Shown: in pieces, positions 15,919 to 31,187 of the stretch
How the letters are laid out: every line of letters begins with the position of its first letter
Position numbering within the stretch: position 1 is the stretch's first letter
Origin: the human T2T-CHM13v2.0 reference genome, Homo sapiens
Reading direction: 5' to 3' (one strand)
Assembly: GCF_009914755.1 (NCBI RefSeq)
Contig: NC_060946.1
DNA: 64,000 bases
Translations under genes and position numbers: made by a program
The notes under the pieces: generated by a model
Databases searched by the model: none
Told to the model about the DNA's origin: nothing
The model's input: the letters and a program-made list of their open reading frames with translations, nothing else

Positions 15919-17846
15919 TAGTTGCACATCATGTATCTCATAAGAAGTGAACATTCAGAATACGTAAAGTACTCCTACAGAGAGACTACCAGAAGCAGAG
16001 AGGAGCAAACACATTTTCACACTAGGGCACCTCCTATCTCTCCCGGATTCCAATTAGGGCAGAGTAAGTGCTAGTTATCTGCCAACCCAGGATTAGGCCC
16101 TGCAGCTGCAGTGAAAATAATCACAGAAGAAAACTAAGAACTAAAAAATGGAGAAAGTGAGACATCAAACTAAAATTACTAGAAACCCCCAGGAAGAAGG
16201 AAAAAGAAACCAAGAAAACAGAAAAACAATTAAACCAGTTAATTAAACCTTGGCATGACCAGAAGATCAGAGTTTCCTAAAGGAGTGGAAATTCATTGAT
16301 TTGAAGAGGATTTATTGATTACTGATTTGAAGAGGAAGAAAAACCATGAATGGTCTGAAGCAAAAGCCTAGTGTCTGAAGAAGTCAGTAGGGTGAAAACA
16401 AGAGCTGGCCAGAATATCCACAGATGGTGACAAGTTGGCAAAGCCTTTACTAGACTACTCGTGAGGCTAACTAGAGGCCAAGGAGCCAACACTGCTCCTG
16501 TCCTTACAGAGAGACCCTACACAGGATTCCCAGATATACATGGAAGGACAACATCTTATCAGGTCTTCTCTGTGCAGATGTGGTTATCATTCCAAATAAT
16601 GAGCTCCAGCACCAAGACTGTTCCATCCTCAATTGCTTTGAGTGGGCAATGTAGGCTCTCCACACACGAGCTACATGTAGGTTCCTTGGGTACCCAGATG
16701 GGAGCCATGAAACACAAACCCTCCATGGTCAGGTCTGTATTTGTTTCCTGCCTTTTTCCCAGCAATCCCCAGGCCCCAGCAGTGGTGGTCTACCTCTGCT
16801 GATTCTCATTCAGAATCTAAACTTAGAAACAATTATAACCTAGACCCCAATTCTACCTGAAAGTAACAGAATAACATAATCTATACCCTGCAGCATGACT
16901 GTTTGCCCAACGTAATGAGGATGAACTGAGAGATAATGAATCATCATGACCCTGGCCCAAGTAATGAGAATGAACTGTGAGATAAATGAATGATCATGAC
17001 AAAAACCCCACTACAACCCAACAACAAAATAAAGTGATTAAAAAATGGACAAACAACATTTATCCAAAGATGCAAAGATGATATACAAATAGCCAAGAGA
17101 TACATGAGATATATGAGAAGATGTGTAACATCACTAGTCATTAGAGAAATGCAAAAAGAAACCACAATGGGACATCACTTCAAACCCAACAGAAAGTAAC
17201 AAGCGCAGGTGAAACTGAAACCCTTGAACACTGTTGGTGGAAATATGAACTGGCTCCTCAAAAAAAAAATAAAATAAAATGACCATATGATCCAGCCATC
17301 CAACTACTACAGAGACAGAATAACTAGTAGCAGGACCTCAAACAGATATGTGCACACCTAAGTTCACAGCAGCATTACACAGCCACAAGGTGGAAGAAAC
17401 CAAAACGTCCATCCAGAAATAGGTGGATAAACAAAAGCATATATATACATGATATATATTATATATATATTATATATGTAATATATATATAATATATATA
17501 TGAAGAAATATTATTCAGCCATAGAAAGGAAGAAAATTGTGACACATCTGACACATAACATGGAACCTACTTACAAAACAACAAATATTATATAACCCTA
17601 GGGATATAAGCCAAATTTTTAGAAACACAAAGTAGAATAGTACTTGCCAGGAGGTGGAAGGAGGGGGAAATTAATAGTTGTTGAATGGGTATAGAGTTTT
17701 CCAAGATAAAAAAAAATCTAGAAATCTGCTACACAACACTGTAAATATTCTTAACTCTACAAAACTGTATACTTACAACTGGTTACGATGGTAAATTTTA
17801 AGGTATGTGTTTGTTACCAAAATTCTAAATAATAAATTATTTATAA

Positions 17847-18145
<299 letters not shown>

Positions 18146-18147
18146 CT

Positions 18148-19360
18148 ATAAAAAATTATTTCAAAAAGCCAAAATATTAATCAAACTGGAATATTTAGAA
18201 ATATTTAACCCAAAAGAAGTTAGGAAAGAATATATAGAAGATCAAAACACAGATGAAGGCCAGACATGGTGGCTCATGCCTGTAATCCAAACACTTTGGG
18301 AGGCCAAGGTGGGTAGATTGCTTGAGCTCAGGAGTTCAAGACCAGCCTGTGCAACATGGCAAAACCCTATCTCTACAAAAAATATAAAAATTAGCCAGGT
18401 GTGTTTCCATGCGCCTGTAGTCCCAGCTACTCAGTGAGGATTGGTTGGGCCTGGGAGGCAGAGGTTGCAGTGAGCCAACATTGCACCATTGCACTACAGT
18501 CTCGGTGACAGAGCAAGACCCTGTCTTAAAAAAAAAAAAAAAAAATAGAAAATAAGTAGAAAAATGGCAGACCTAAATCCAACCTTAGCAATGATTAGTT
18601 ACAATGTAACTGGACAAATACTCTACTTAAGACAGAGACTGCCAGACCTGAGAGGAAAGCAAGACCCAACAATATGGCATCCACAGAGACACAATTTAAA
18701 TACAAAGACACAAAATATGAGAAAAAATATGCTTTGCAGACACTAATCATAAAAATATGCTATCCAGACACTAATCATAAAAAGCTTCAACGGAGATGTT
18801 AACACTAGATGAAAGAGGCTCCAGAACAAAATATATCACCAGAAATAAACAAGGTAATTTCATAAAAATAAAAGAATCAGAGAGGATGATGTTACAATTA
18901 TAAATTGTGCCTCAAAGTGCACACAAAGTACTCACACACACAGAGCCTCAAATTATGTGAATCAAAAACAACAGAACAAAAGCAGGAAATTGACAATCCA
19001 AAATTATAGCTGGTGAATTAATACTGCTCTCTCAGTAACTGATGGAACAACCAGATAAAAATATAGGAAAAATACGGATCTAAATGACAAAATCCTGACC
19101 CAAATGGTACTTGGCAGTACCAAGATAGACTGTATGTCGATCAATTGAGAAAATGTTCAAGCATGACATAGTATACAAAGTATGTTGTCTGAACACCTGA
19201 AATTAAATTAGAAACCAACAACAAATTGATATCCAGAAAAGCCTCAAATGTCTGAAAACCAAGTAATAAACTTTGAAATACCCTGGGAGTCAAAAAAGTA
19301 TTCACAAGGGGAACTGGAATGTATTTGGAACAAACTTGTTATAAAAATCATATTTCTGGT
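18148..19360 (+). mobile_element. Old L1 inter-ORF/ORF2 endonuclease fragment
   Basis: atggcagacctaaatccaacc...aagcaagacccaacaatat; aaattaaattagaaaccaacaac; 2 x 28 bp internal duplication at ~18723-18780. Confidence 0.7.
18258..18545 (+). mobile_element. Alu (AluJ)
   Basis: gattgcttgagctcaggagttc; A-tail. Confidence 0.93.
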
Positions 19361-19364
19361 AGAC

Positions 19365-21495
19365 TAAAGGTGACAACTTCTTTCCTGCTCCTCTCTCTGT
19401 GAGAACCAATTCCCCTTAAACCTTGCCCAGACTACTAACTTGCTTGGCCAACAGAAGGTGACAAAGGTGGTATTTGGGGACTTCAGAAGCCAGGCTGAGA
19501 AAACAGAACACTTATCCAGGAGAAAGCCAGTCACCAGGCAGGAAATCCCACTCCCCTGAGACCCCATGATGGAAACCACATGGCCAGTCCATGACTAGCT
19601 ACATGCATTGACATCCCCCACTGACCCTCCAGCAACACCGACTCCCAACCACTAGTGAGCCTTCAGCAACATCCACTCCCAACCACTAGTGAGCCACCCT
19701 GCACACCACCCCACTGTGCTTTCACACAACCCAGCTTGGCTGCAACTGTGTGTGAGATGAGCTGGCCACCAAGACTCTCTAAGCCAAAAAACAAGTAATA
19801 ATGAGTTGTTTTAAGCTGCCAAGTTTTGGGGATGGTTTCTTCAGAATAGATAACTGGAACAGAATATGGTAGCTGGAAATGAGCCGCTGTGGTAATCAGA
19901 AGCTACAATATGTGCCACGACTGTGAGGCTGACCTGTAACTGGGCCTCAAGGAGACCATTCATTCAACCTGGAAGGGCATCAAGACTCTTGGTCAGGGCC
20001 TGAAGGACGGTGAGAAAATGTCATTGGAAACTGGGGAAAAGGCCTGAGAGTTATGTGCTGAGGGACTGTGAGAAAACTATGGCCACAACATGGAAACTGA
20101 AAGGGCACTGCACCATCTCAGGGATCTGCCTAAGGAGACATCTGGGAAGAACATGGAAAGTGCTACCAGCCTACCCTAACTGTCATTGAATAAATATGAC
20201 AGGAGAGGGACATGATCTAAAGAAGGAAGTTCAGTTTTCAAACAAAATTTAGAGAAAATATAAAGAAATAATTTCTTGTCTCAAAAGGCCAAAGAAAAAA
20301 AAAAGAAAAGGAAAAAAAATTAAAAAGAAGCCATTGAATACCCTATTGACCATAAGAAAAAGGCAGAGAAAGTTGGTCAACGGCAACCCAGGCACTGAAG
20401 GAAAAAGAAAATGGAGAATGACAAAAGCCCAGAGGGAGGAGTAAAAGGACACAAACGCCGTTCTCAGGGACAAGGACTGGGCGCCGTTCTCAGGGACCCG
20501 GACTGGGCACTAATCACAGAACTGTAACAGGCGCCCCATGGGAATGACCAACTGTTAGACGGGGCCTGCAGGGCAGCACCTCCCTCCTGCCTCCCACCAA
20601 CAGCTTCTAAAGGGAAATGCCGACTGTTTTCACACCAGTCCCCTCACTGCGGCTGAGTGTGTGGGCACAGATGATAGGTCACAGCAACCTGATTCAGTCC
20701 TTACTGTGGCTGAGTGCGTCAGGGGCAGATGACAGGCCACCACAACCTGATTCAGTCCTCACTGTGGCTGTGTGTGGGGGGGCAGATGACATGCCACCAC
20801 AATTTGATTCAGTCCTCACTGCGGCTGAGTGTGTGTGGGCGCAGGTGACAGGCCACCACAACCTGAATCAGGATTCAGTTGGGCTACCAGCCAGTGCCAT
20901 AAGGAAAACCATTCTGGGACTCTTGAGAGGGGCAAAGAATAATTTGCATGTGAGAGAAACGTTAATAGTTTGTGGCCAGAGGACAAACTGTGGTTTATTA
21001 AAGACTGCTGCAGGTTCCTACTATGCTTCTCATCAAGAGGTGGAATCTAATCACCTTCCCCCCTTGAATCATGTCTGGTCTCAGTGATGAGTATGACTGG
21101 ACAGTGTGGCAGGAGAGATGCTCTGGGACTTCTGAGGGATGATCATGAGAGACCTTACAGCTTCTGCCTGGGCCTCTTGGACACACACCCTGGGAGAAGC
21201 CAGACAAACCTGACTACCTGACACTGCCAGACTGGGAGGAAGTCCGTGCTGGCCACAAAGAGAGGGCTCGGTGCCTGCTCCATGTCCCCAGCCACTAGAG
21301 TCCTTCTGGGTGCCTGCTTCACGTCCCCAGCCACTAGAGTCCTCCCAGATGAGACCAGGGACATCATGAAGCAGCCAACCCACATTGCCCTGTCCAGTGT
21401 CTTGACCCAGAAAATTGTGACATGTAAAAAGAATAAATTCCTGGTTTAAGCCAGTAAGGTTACTGGTACATTGTTACATTGCAGATAATTAAAAC
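19365..21495 (+). mobile_element. MLT1 (G/H-like) MaLR: LTR ~19365-19861, internal remnant, LTR ~20988-21495
   Basis: Both LTRs end in gttt(t)aagc...aag.t...gataa.t..aac; the first is followed by the MaLR internal start gaatatggtagctggaa. Confidence 0.65.
20636..20870. repeat. ~58-bp minisatellite x4
   Basis: cagtcctcactgcggctgagtgtgtg...gcagatgacaggccaccacaacctgatt at 20636, 20695, 20753, 20810. Confidence 0.9.
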
Positions 21496-22219
21496 CTTGA
21501 AAAACTCATGAGAGATCCCAAGTAAAACCTTGATCTGAAACATGGCATGTGGCGATTTATATTGAGTATTAGGTTAAAAATGCAAGAATGGAGCATAGTT
21601 AATATTTTACGTTAAAGCTAAAACTATAATTGCCCACTTAAAATTTTCAGTTTATTAGGTTGTCACTTTTTGTTCTTAGCCAAGAAATCAACTAGTTTTA
21701 GTCCATAAACAGTTGGAACTGATGCACACATCCGTTTTTCCTTACTCATTTTAAGCAGCTATCTGAAATAGGAAGCATAATATAATCTTTAAAGAATCTG
21801 AAAATATGACAGAAATGTTTAAACTATAAACATATATTGTAAATGTTAGCATATTATATACATTGCATATTAACATAAGCTAAAATCATTGACATAAATT
21901 TATATAAAAAAAGGTAGAAAATATGACAATGTTCTTCTTGTTTTTTGTCTTTGCATATTTCTTTATTGGCCCTTGTCAAATGTGACCCACTAACTCCTGA
22001 ATGCTTTCTCTCTCCCCATGGATTCCTAAGGATGTCACCACTGTGCTGGCCAGATGCAGAGATCACAGGTGACTGAACCTCATCACCCCACAAACACACC
22101 CTTCAGGTTTTGCCAAGAATGACACTGTAAATATAACAAAGCTTCTGTGCTTGTTAGTGAACACCAACTCAGCTTCTCTCCTGTATTCGGAAATCAGGAT
22201 GAGATGAAAACAACAAGCA

Positions 22220-22520
22220 GGCCAGGCACGGTGGCTCACGTCTGTAATCCCAGCACTTTGGGAGGCCGAGGCGGGCGGATCACCTGAGGTCGGGAGTTCG
22301 AGACCACCCTGATCAAAACAGAGAAACCCCATCTCTACTAAAAATACAAAATTAGCCGGGCGTGGTGGCACATGCCTGTAATACCAGCTACTCAGGAGCT
22401 GAGGCAGGAGAATTGCTTGAACCCAGGAGGTGGAGGCTGCAGTGAGCTGAGATCACACCACTGCGCTCTAGCCTGGGCAACAAGAGCGAAACTCTGTCTC
22501 AAAAGAAAAAAAATAAAAAT
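22220..22520 (+). mobile_element. Alu (AluSp)
   Basis: gaggtcgggagttcg, gggcaacaagagcgaaact; TSD-like aaaacaacaagca / aaaagaacaagga. Confidence 0.95.
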
Positions 22521-23401
22521 AAAAGAACAAGGAAACAAAAGTAACAAGGCTTGACACCACATGAGCCTGAATGTAAGCAAGAAAAGCCCAGAAGAAATCC
22601 CATTTTGGGTCACTGGCTGCATGGTAGTAATGCCATACACATAAGGGAAGAGAAGAGGATGTGGCTTTCACTTCAAATTTTTTGAGCTTAAGGTAAATTT
22701 GGATAGCTACAAAGAAGCATTCAACAGAGAGTTAAACCTATGATGGAAAGACTGAAGAGGTCCAAGCTGTAGAGAAACAGGACTGCAAACCACAAAGGGC
22801 TGAATCAGTCAAGGAGAACTGCAGGGCAAGATGAACAGGGACCAGTGGAACATTTGGATAAGCTGTTGAGAAGAAAGGAGAATTCAGAGACAAAGAACTG
22901 TCAGTGAGGTCATAATAGGAACTGTTACAGTGAACTAAATATGGCCTGGGAAGGACTCTGTACTTCTAGATTTGAGTCCCTGTGGACAAAGTGCAACCTA
23001 ACTTAATAGGTAGAAAGACTGAAAACCTAACTTAGGAGTATGTGCCTAAAACAGTAGCTGAGTCCTGGCCAATCCCAACAGCCAAACTTCTGCCACTCAC
23101 ACACTGCTGAGTGTTCAGTTGTGTTCAAATAAGGCAAATGCTGAGCACTGTAACCAGTCCAGTTGTTTCTGGACCTCACTGCTGAGAACTGTAATGGACC
23201 CAGTTGCTTCTAGACCTCACTCCTCACTTCAGATTTTTGTACAACATGTTCCCTTTATTGTCTATAAATCTTCCACCATGTGTCTGTGCTGGAGTCTCAC
23301 TGAATCTGCTGTGATTCTGGGGGCTGCCTGATTCGTGAATCATTCATTGCTCAATTAAGTTCCTTTAAATTTAATTCAGCTGAAGATTTTCTTTTAATAG
23401 A

Positions 23402-23419
23402 TGGTGTCAGAAGTGGGAT
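23402..23419 (+). promoter_or_regulatory. Primer binding site complementary to tRNA-Leu(CAA) 3' end
   Basis: TGGTGTCAGAAGTGGGAT immediately after the 5' LTR. Confidence 0.8.
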
Positions 23420-23538
23420 CTGTGGGAGCAGGACTGCTAGGGCCTCTGGAGCTATACTGTGGTGAGCAGTGTTGCTAAGGCTTCTAATGACCCCCAGAGT
23501 GCTGAGGTACAAGGAAGGAACCTGAAAGGACCCGTTTG

Positions 23539-24792
23539 TGATGGCAGCAGTGGCCCACGTGGAGCAGTTGCTATGGAGACACTGGCTGCAGTGGGGAGGA
23601 GTGGCTGGGGCTGTGCACTCCTCAAAGCTGGTGGGAGCCAGGAATGGGTGGGAGACCTGCCCCTTCTAAATTATCAGGCAGGAGCCCCGCCCTCCCAGGC
23701 ACAGCTGCAGCCATCCAGCCATGACTGCAAACCCGGGCATCTCTGCACTCTCAGAGGCCCAGCAAGCCCCCCTGCCCCGCAGGCTCAGTTGTACCTGGTC
23801 CTGCCACCTGGCGTCTCTCTGCTTCCAGAGCCCACTCCAAATTCGGATCCAAGTTGAGGCCAAACCCGGGCACAGTCACAACCCGGCCCAGTTTGTGCAA
23901 GCTCAGGGCAGTGCTGACATGCCAGCCCACTGCCACCTCGGCCCCCTCCAGACTTTGGGCACTGGCAAGCACAGGAGGGAGGCTGAGGTGGGGCTAAGAG
24001 TGGCTCAGCAGTGGCCGGAAGGCCCTCCTCATCTCAAACGCCTGGGCACTATGGGCACAGCTACCCACCATGCGTCTCCTCTCAGCTGCTGAGAGCTGAA
24101 CAGACGTTGGGATGACCTGCCTGAAGAAAGGAGCTACCCACTGCAGGTCTCCTCTGAGCTGTACTGGGGCTCAATAAAGCACCTCTTCACCTTGTTCACC
24201 TTCTACTTGTCCACATACCTCATTTTTCCTGGACTCAGGACAAGAACTCGGGACCTGCCAACTAGCAGGGCTGAAAGAGGTGTAACATAAACAGGGCTGA
24301 AACGTGCTCCTTGCTTGCCAAATTGCAGGCAAGAAGAAGAGAAGAGAGAAGGAGAGAAGAGCTGTGTCCCTTCAGGGAACACAGACCTAGGAGCTCCCCC
24401 AGCCAGGGCTGTGACACCTTCTTTGGGGCTCTGCAGGTCCTGCATCTCCAAGCTTCTGGGTGCCACTGCATTCCCTGATACCCACAGTGGAAGCTGTTTG
24501 CAGTCGGCCTGGTCCAGCTGCAGCCTCACAGGGAGCTGGCATCTGTGCCTGGAGCTGCCCACCCCACTGCAGCTGGCATGCTTGGCTGTGTGCAGTGGCC
24601 AGATCCCATGCTCGCTTGCTCACACACCCCTCACTGCTCTGTACCCAGCTCGCCCTTGGCAGGTGTGGGATCCAGACCACTAGCATGAGCTGAGTGGACA
24701 GAACTAACCCAGTGGGCCCAAGCAAAACACAGGTAAAGGCTCCACCAGCCAGAGGTTTCAGTCAGAAAAGTGACACCTCAGGATTCTGTAAC
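23539..24792 (+). mobile_element. MER52-type solo LTR nested in the MER57 provirus
   Basis: Starts tgatggcagcagtggccc..., ends ...aggtttcagtcagaaaagtgacacctcaggattctgtaaca; AATAAA at ~24173; flanks tttg/cttg. Confidence 0.8.
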
Positions 24793-25736
24793 ACTTGTGT
24801 CCTTTGATCTCTTGGAGCAGCTGGGGATCATGGTAAATTTTCTCTCGGATTTCAGAGCTCCATGGATTTGTGTTTTGAGCTCTGAGTTTCTTTGAGCAAA
24901 TTTCTGTTCCAAACTGCTATCCAGCCATGACTGGCTGGATGTTTTAGAAGTTATGACAGAAAAGGGACTGGGTCCAGGATCAGATTTGATCCAGTAGTTA
25001 ACTGGCTTGAATCCAGTTCCAGTTAGAGGCCTCCTACATCTGACTGGGTCAGAAGGAAAGTGGTAGTAAATGATAATATTGGAAGGTTGTAACATTTGGC
25101 TTTTGAAAATTCACAGGGATTTTTGTGTTCTACCCCTTTGTTTCATTTTTCTCGCATGCTTAGGCAGGAAAAAAAATCATTGGCTAAGTTAATGAAGGGA
25201 ACCTGGGAGTAAAGCCAATATTTTAGGTAAAAATAGGATCCTTAATTTCTGGAAAACTAAGCTCCTTCTGGCTAATACATTAGGCCTGGGAAGCAGCAAA
25301 GTCTTACAGAAATGGCAAAATCTTATTAAGATAACTTACAGTGGAACATTCCAAATGAATAATGCCCTGAAGTGCATTTAAAAATGAGGGCTCCCAAATT
25401 AGTCTCATCTAGGGATGCCTATTAATATGCAGAAGCTTCTAAAAAGATTTAGAGATGGCACGACCCATCTGGGAGCAAGTTTGAGTCTTACCAGTTTGAT
25501 ACTCGGTGCTGAGCAAAGTGGCACGTGTCTATGTTTTGTCACATGTATTTTGCTCTGGGCAGAATGAAAAATGTTAATTTGGTTACTCCAAGCAACCCCT
25601 TGGGCAGCATCTTGCAAAGCTGAGTGGATTATTCCTGTGATTCCATGATTTTCCATTGTGATGCAGCTTGGCCCCCAGAGCTATAATGTGGTGAGGAGGG
25701 TGACAGAGCAAGATGCAATCTTTAAAAAAAAAAAAT

Positions 25737-26040
25737 GGCCAGGTGCAGTGGCTCGTGCCTGTAATCCCAACACTTGGGGAGGCTGAGGCAGGTGGATCAC
25801 CTGAGGTCAGGAGTTCAGGGCCAGCCTGACCAACAAGGAAAAACCCCGTCTCTACTAAAAACACAAAATTAGCTGGGCATGGTGGCACATGCCTCTAATC
25901 CCAGCTACTCAGGAGGCTGGGGCAGGAGAATCGCTTGAACCCGGGAGGCAGAGGGTTGCAGTGAACCGAAATCACACCATTGCACTCCAGCCTGGGCAAC
26001 AAGAGGGAAAATCCATCTCAAAAAAAAAAAAAAAGAAAGA
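25737..26040 (+). mobile_element. Alu (AluSp/Sq)
   Basis: cctgaccaac, gggcaacaagag. Confidence 0.95.
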
Positions 26041-26499
26041 ATAATAGGTTTGTCTATAAGGTTTTATGAAAAAGTAGGTGACATTTGGCTTTCTCTCTTT
26101 AAAGAAGATGTTCAGGTAATATTAAAAAATAATGAAAAATTTGTTTGCCTTTTAAATAAACTACCAAAAAAAAAAAAAAAGGAAAAACAAGAGGCAGATC
26201 GTTTGTGAAGATAAGTCTTCCCTCTATCAATCAGTAAAGATTTTTGCCCTTTAAAACTTTTTTAAGTCATGATTTTAAGTAAATGAATGACTTACGGTGA
26301 CCTGGAATTCTATTTCATAACATCAAGTGTTTAAACTTTTAATATATTTAATAGGCTTCCCAAAATCAAATTTCAACTTCAAAATTGTCTTTTCTGACCT
26401 CTAACTTTGGGATACTACAGAGGCCCTTGAAGCACCCAAAAGAGAGGTAAACAGGACTATTTAACATGTTAAGTCACATGGGTAGCACTGTCAAAATAA

Positions 26500-26877
<378 letters not shown>

Positions 26878-26925
26878 AGGATTCTAAAATTCTAATATGC
26901 CTATATGCTATCTATCATAATTACC

Positions 26926-27238
<313 letters not shown>

Positions 27239-27522
27239 TAAGTTATTGTAGACCACAGAAATAACCAAATTTCCTTATCAATTGTCTTTAACTATAACTA
27301 TTTAAAGTCATTTCCACAGTTAATTGCTTAATGGTGATGCAGTTTCTAAAAACTTCACAAGCATGCAAAATTCTAGAATAGAAGATTCATGAAAGAATGA
27401 AAAGGACCATGAAAAACACTCGGGAACACAGGTTTCTAATAACTTTAATATCATGGGTAAAAATTCCCCATAAGTTCCCCGATCCCCCAATAATTGGACT
27501 GGTTAAGAATTCTCAAAAGTTA

Positions 27523-27819
<297 letters not shown>

Positions 27820-29119
27820 CTAAAGTTTAATAAGAAGACCAACTGGTTTATAAAACTGCTAACCCAAGTAAAACAAAAATTGAATATCAAGGAAATATTT
27901 TGCCAGATTCGCATGCTAAATCACCAATATTGAAATTGTTTAGATATATAATTTAAATAAACTCCATGGTCTAAGCCAAATTACCTATAACTCATCAGTT
28001 ACCAGTGCCATGCACCTAATTTGAAGAAACAGCTGGTATTCAAGAGGATGTAAGTCTAACGTTAATTAAGCACGGACTTATGAAGAACCAGGATGGCCAC
28101 CTTTCCGTCTTAAGTCCTTAAAACTTTTGTTATTAAAAGTTCTGCATTCCATAACTCATCATGGAAAGAGAAAATGATCCAAATTAAATATATTGCTGTG
28201 GTGATCTCTAAATTGCTAAAATAGTTTATAATCAATGTTTGGTTTGTTGAACCTATATTCCTAGGAAAACAATCAAAACTTCAGGTACATTTGGTTACCT
28301 GATGGGCCATTTAAACATTTTATAAAGGGATTTCATTCAGTTGTCATTTTCAGTGCATGTTTTCTGATTGTAAAAAAGCTCTTCCATGCAAGAGGGTTGA
28401 TGTTAAAACAGTAGATTATTATGCTGAAGTGTATTTTCACCAGCTAAAGAAAGCCTTTTATGGTTCACAGAGGACAGCCAACCCCTTCACAATCTAGAAT
28501 CTGATGACTGGATCTTCTGAGAACATCAGAGGACTGCCCTTGCCATTCACATGACAGCAAAACTTTAAAACCTTAAACTTTGGGTTCATAGTCTTACAAC
28601 TCAGAAGGGTCCCTCCACACTCGGAACCATACACCCCTTGGAACCCTTAAGGTAAAGCTAACAAGGACAGTTCCCCCCAGAAGAAGATGGCATCCTTAAT
28701 GTGAACAGCTTTTCCTAAGATCACAGATCAAGACTTCTCTACTATCATGAGACTCTTATCTTAAGTATCTGTGCAGCTGCTAACATGGCATATGGAGAAA
28801 ACATCGGGTATTATAAAGATTTGGTTGTAGGGAATTAACAAAAAAACCCACTTAGTTAAGCAAGTAAACTCTTTATCTAATTCATTCTTTAATCTATTTG
28901 ATTTTAGGTGGTTTGATTTATGGGGACCCTGAGTAAGGAGCATATACCAAATTCTTGGTGTTATCCCAATAGTCATAAGAGTCTCCCTGGTGCACTGTAC
29001 TTACTCAAATGTTTTAAGAGTTTGCATACAGCCATCTGTAAAATGTCAAATGGTATCTCTTCAACTGGAATGACAACAGATTAAAAAAAATGTGCAACCA
29101 TAAGGACACCGTAACCTAT

Positions 29120-29399
29120 GAGTGACATGCTAAACCAGAAACCCAAAACAATGGGAGTGACATGCTAAACCAGAAACCCAAAACAATGGGACTGATGTAC
29201 TAAAACCGGAACCCAAAACAATGGGAGTGATGTACTAAAACCAGAACCCAAAACAATGGAAGTGACGTGCTAAACCAGAAACCCAAAACAATGGGAGTAA
29301 CATGCTAAAACCAGAACCCAAAACAATGGGAGTGACGTGCTAAAACCATTACCCAAAACAATGGGAGTGATGTGCTAAACCGGAAACCCAAAACAATGG
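29120..29399. repeat. 35-bp VNTR x8 in the MER57 3' internal region
   Basis: gagtgacatgctaaaccagaaacccaaaacaatgg every 35 nt from 29120 to 29365. Confidence 0.95.
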
Positions 29400-29474
29400 T
29401 AACTAAGAGTGAGGCTAAGGCCCTACATTTTGGTCACACTCTCAACTAAGTGAGAACTTGACTGAAAAGGAGGA

Positions 29475-29767
29475 TTTTTTTTTTCTGAGACAGAGTCTTG
29501 CTCTGTCCCCCAGAGTGGAGTGCAGTGGCATGATCTCGGCTCACTGCAAGCTCTGCCTCCTGGGTTCAGGCCATTCTCCTGCCTCAGCCTCCTGAGTAGC
29601 TGGGACTACAGGCACCCGCCAGCATGCTTGGCTATTTTTTTGTGTATTTAGTAGAGATGAGGTTTCACCGTATTAGCAAGGATGGTCTCAATCTCCTGAT
29701 CTCGTGATCTGCCCACCTCGGCCTCCCAAAGTGCTGGGATTACAGGCATGAGCCACCGTGCCCAGCC
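29475..29767 (-). mobile_element. Alu (AluY-like)
   Basis: gcaagctctgcc; TSD aaaaggagga.ttttt. Confidence 0.95.
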
Positions 29768-30581
29768 AAAAGGAGGAATTTTTTAAGCAAAATTATGGGA
29801 GGCCATTGTTTTGAACTAAGCTCATGCAATAGGTCCCAAAAGAACAAACCAAACCAAAATGGAGTCACTCATGCTAAATGGAACATAATCAAACTAAGAC
29901 TTTAAGGAAACACATAAATCCTAGAACAAACCAGGTTTTGTTTTTCTCCTGTAAACAGGATGTTCCAGCATAAGAAGACACCTTCTACTCAAGTCCTTGT
30001 TCCACCTTTTCAAATCTCACTGTTCTATTTCCCAGTGGGTTTCTAAACCAAATAAATACATTTGCAAGGGTAATAGTGACACCAGTGACTGAAGTTTTGG
30101 CCAATCTCTCAAAATTGAGAAAATAACCAAAGGGAAGGCATTGTTAAAGTGAACTAAGTATGTCCTGAGAAGGACTCCATAATTATATATATGAGTCCTT
30201 GTGGATGACCTGCAACCTACCTTAATAGGTAAACAAGAATGAAAACCTAACTTGAGTGTATGCACCTCAAACAACAGCTACATCTTGGCCAATCCCAATG
30301 GCCAAACTTCAACCACTCAGGCACTGCCAAATGTTCAAACTGTGCTCAAACAAGGCAAACGCTGAGTTGTTTCTGTACCTCACTTCCGATTTCGGTATGC
30401 CACTTCCCTTTTGTCTATAAATCTTCTTCCACCACATGACTGTGCTGGAGTCTCTGTGAATCTGCTGTGATTCTGGGGACTTTCCGATTCATGAATCGTT
30501 TATTGCTCAATTAAACTCCTTTAAAGTTTTTCTTTTAACAGAACTAACACGGAAGAATTTCCAGATCATGAACAGATGTTT

Positions 30582-31187
30582 TGTAATACCCAACGTTGTA
30601 TTAACATGAATAGACTCTTCCTTAGATAGCTAACCTTGTTTTTAATATGAATAGACTCTCCCTTAGCTGAGAAAACCAGACAAACTCCATTTGGCTCCTT
30701 CATTTACAAGACATCAAGGGCTCCTTACCCACCCCCTTTCCTCAAGGACTTTAACTTGTGCAAGCTGATTTTCAACATATCAAAGAGTGCAATTAACTGA
30801 TAAAGTGCTGAGGCAAGTGAAGTCCGCAGTTTCCAGCAAATTACTCAGAGATAATATCATAAAGCCCCCACATTTGTCTGGAAGATAATGCCCAGAGCCC
30901 CCTCACTCATCACTTTGTGGTGAATTTAAAGCCTCTGCACCTGGAACAATTTGTTTTCCTGTAACCATCTGTCTTTTTAAGTTTTTTGTCTGTTTTTTCT
31001 TCTGTAAGTTTATTGCAGCTGGAATCCCCCCTCCCCTCTCTAAACCAATGTATAAAAGAAAATCTAGCCCATTCTTTAGGGCCGAGAGTATTTCCTGTGT
31101 TAGCCGTCTCTCAGTCACCAGCTAATAAAGGACTCCTGAATTCGTCTCAAAGTGTGGCATTTCTCTCTAACTTGCTTGGGTACGACA
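30582..31187 (+). mobile_element. ERV1 solo LTR (LTR6-like)
   Basis: TG...CA ends, TSD GTTT on both sides, TATAAAA at ~31051, AATAAA at ~31124, U5 ctcaaagtgtggcatttctct. Confidence 0.75.

Noticed and set aside
23402-23419. tRNA gene fragments here and at ~58492-58509 and ~60719-60736
   Set aside because: 18-nt retroviral primer binding sites next to LTRs.
23459-24725. ORFs here and at 41029-41583 as a duplicated gene pair
   Set aside because: Both are MER52 LTR sequence, which explains the similarity.
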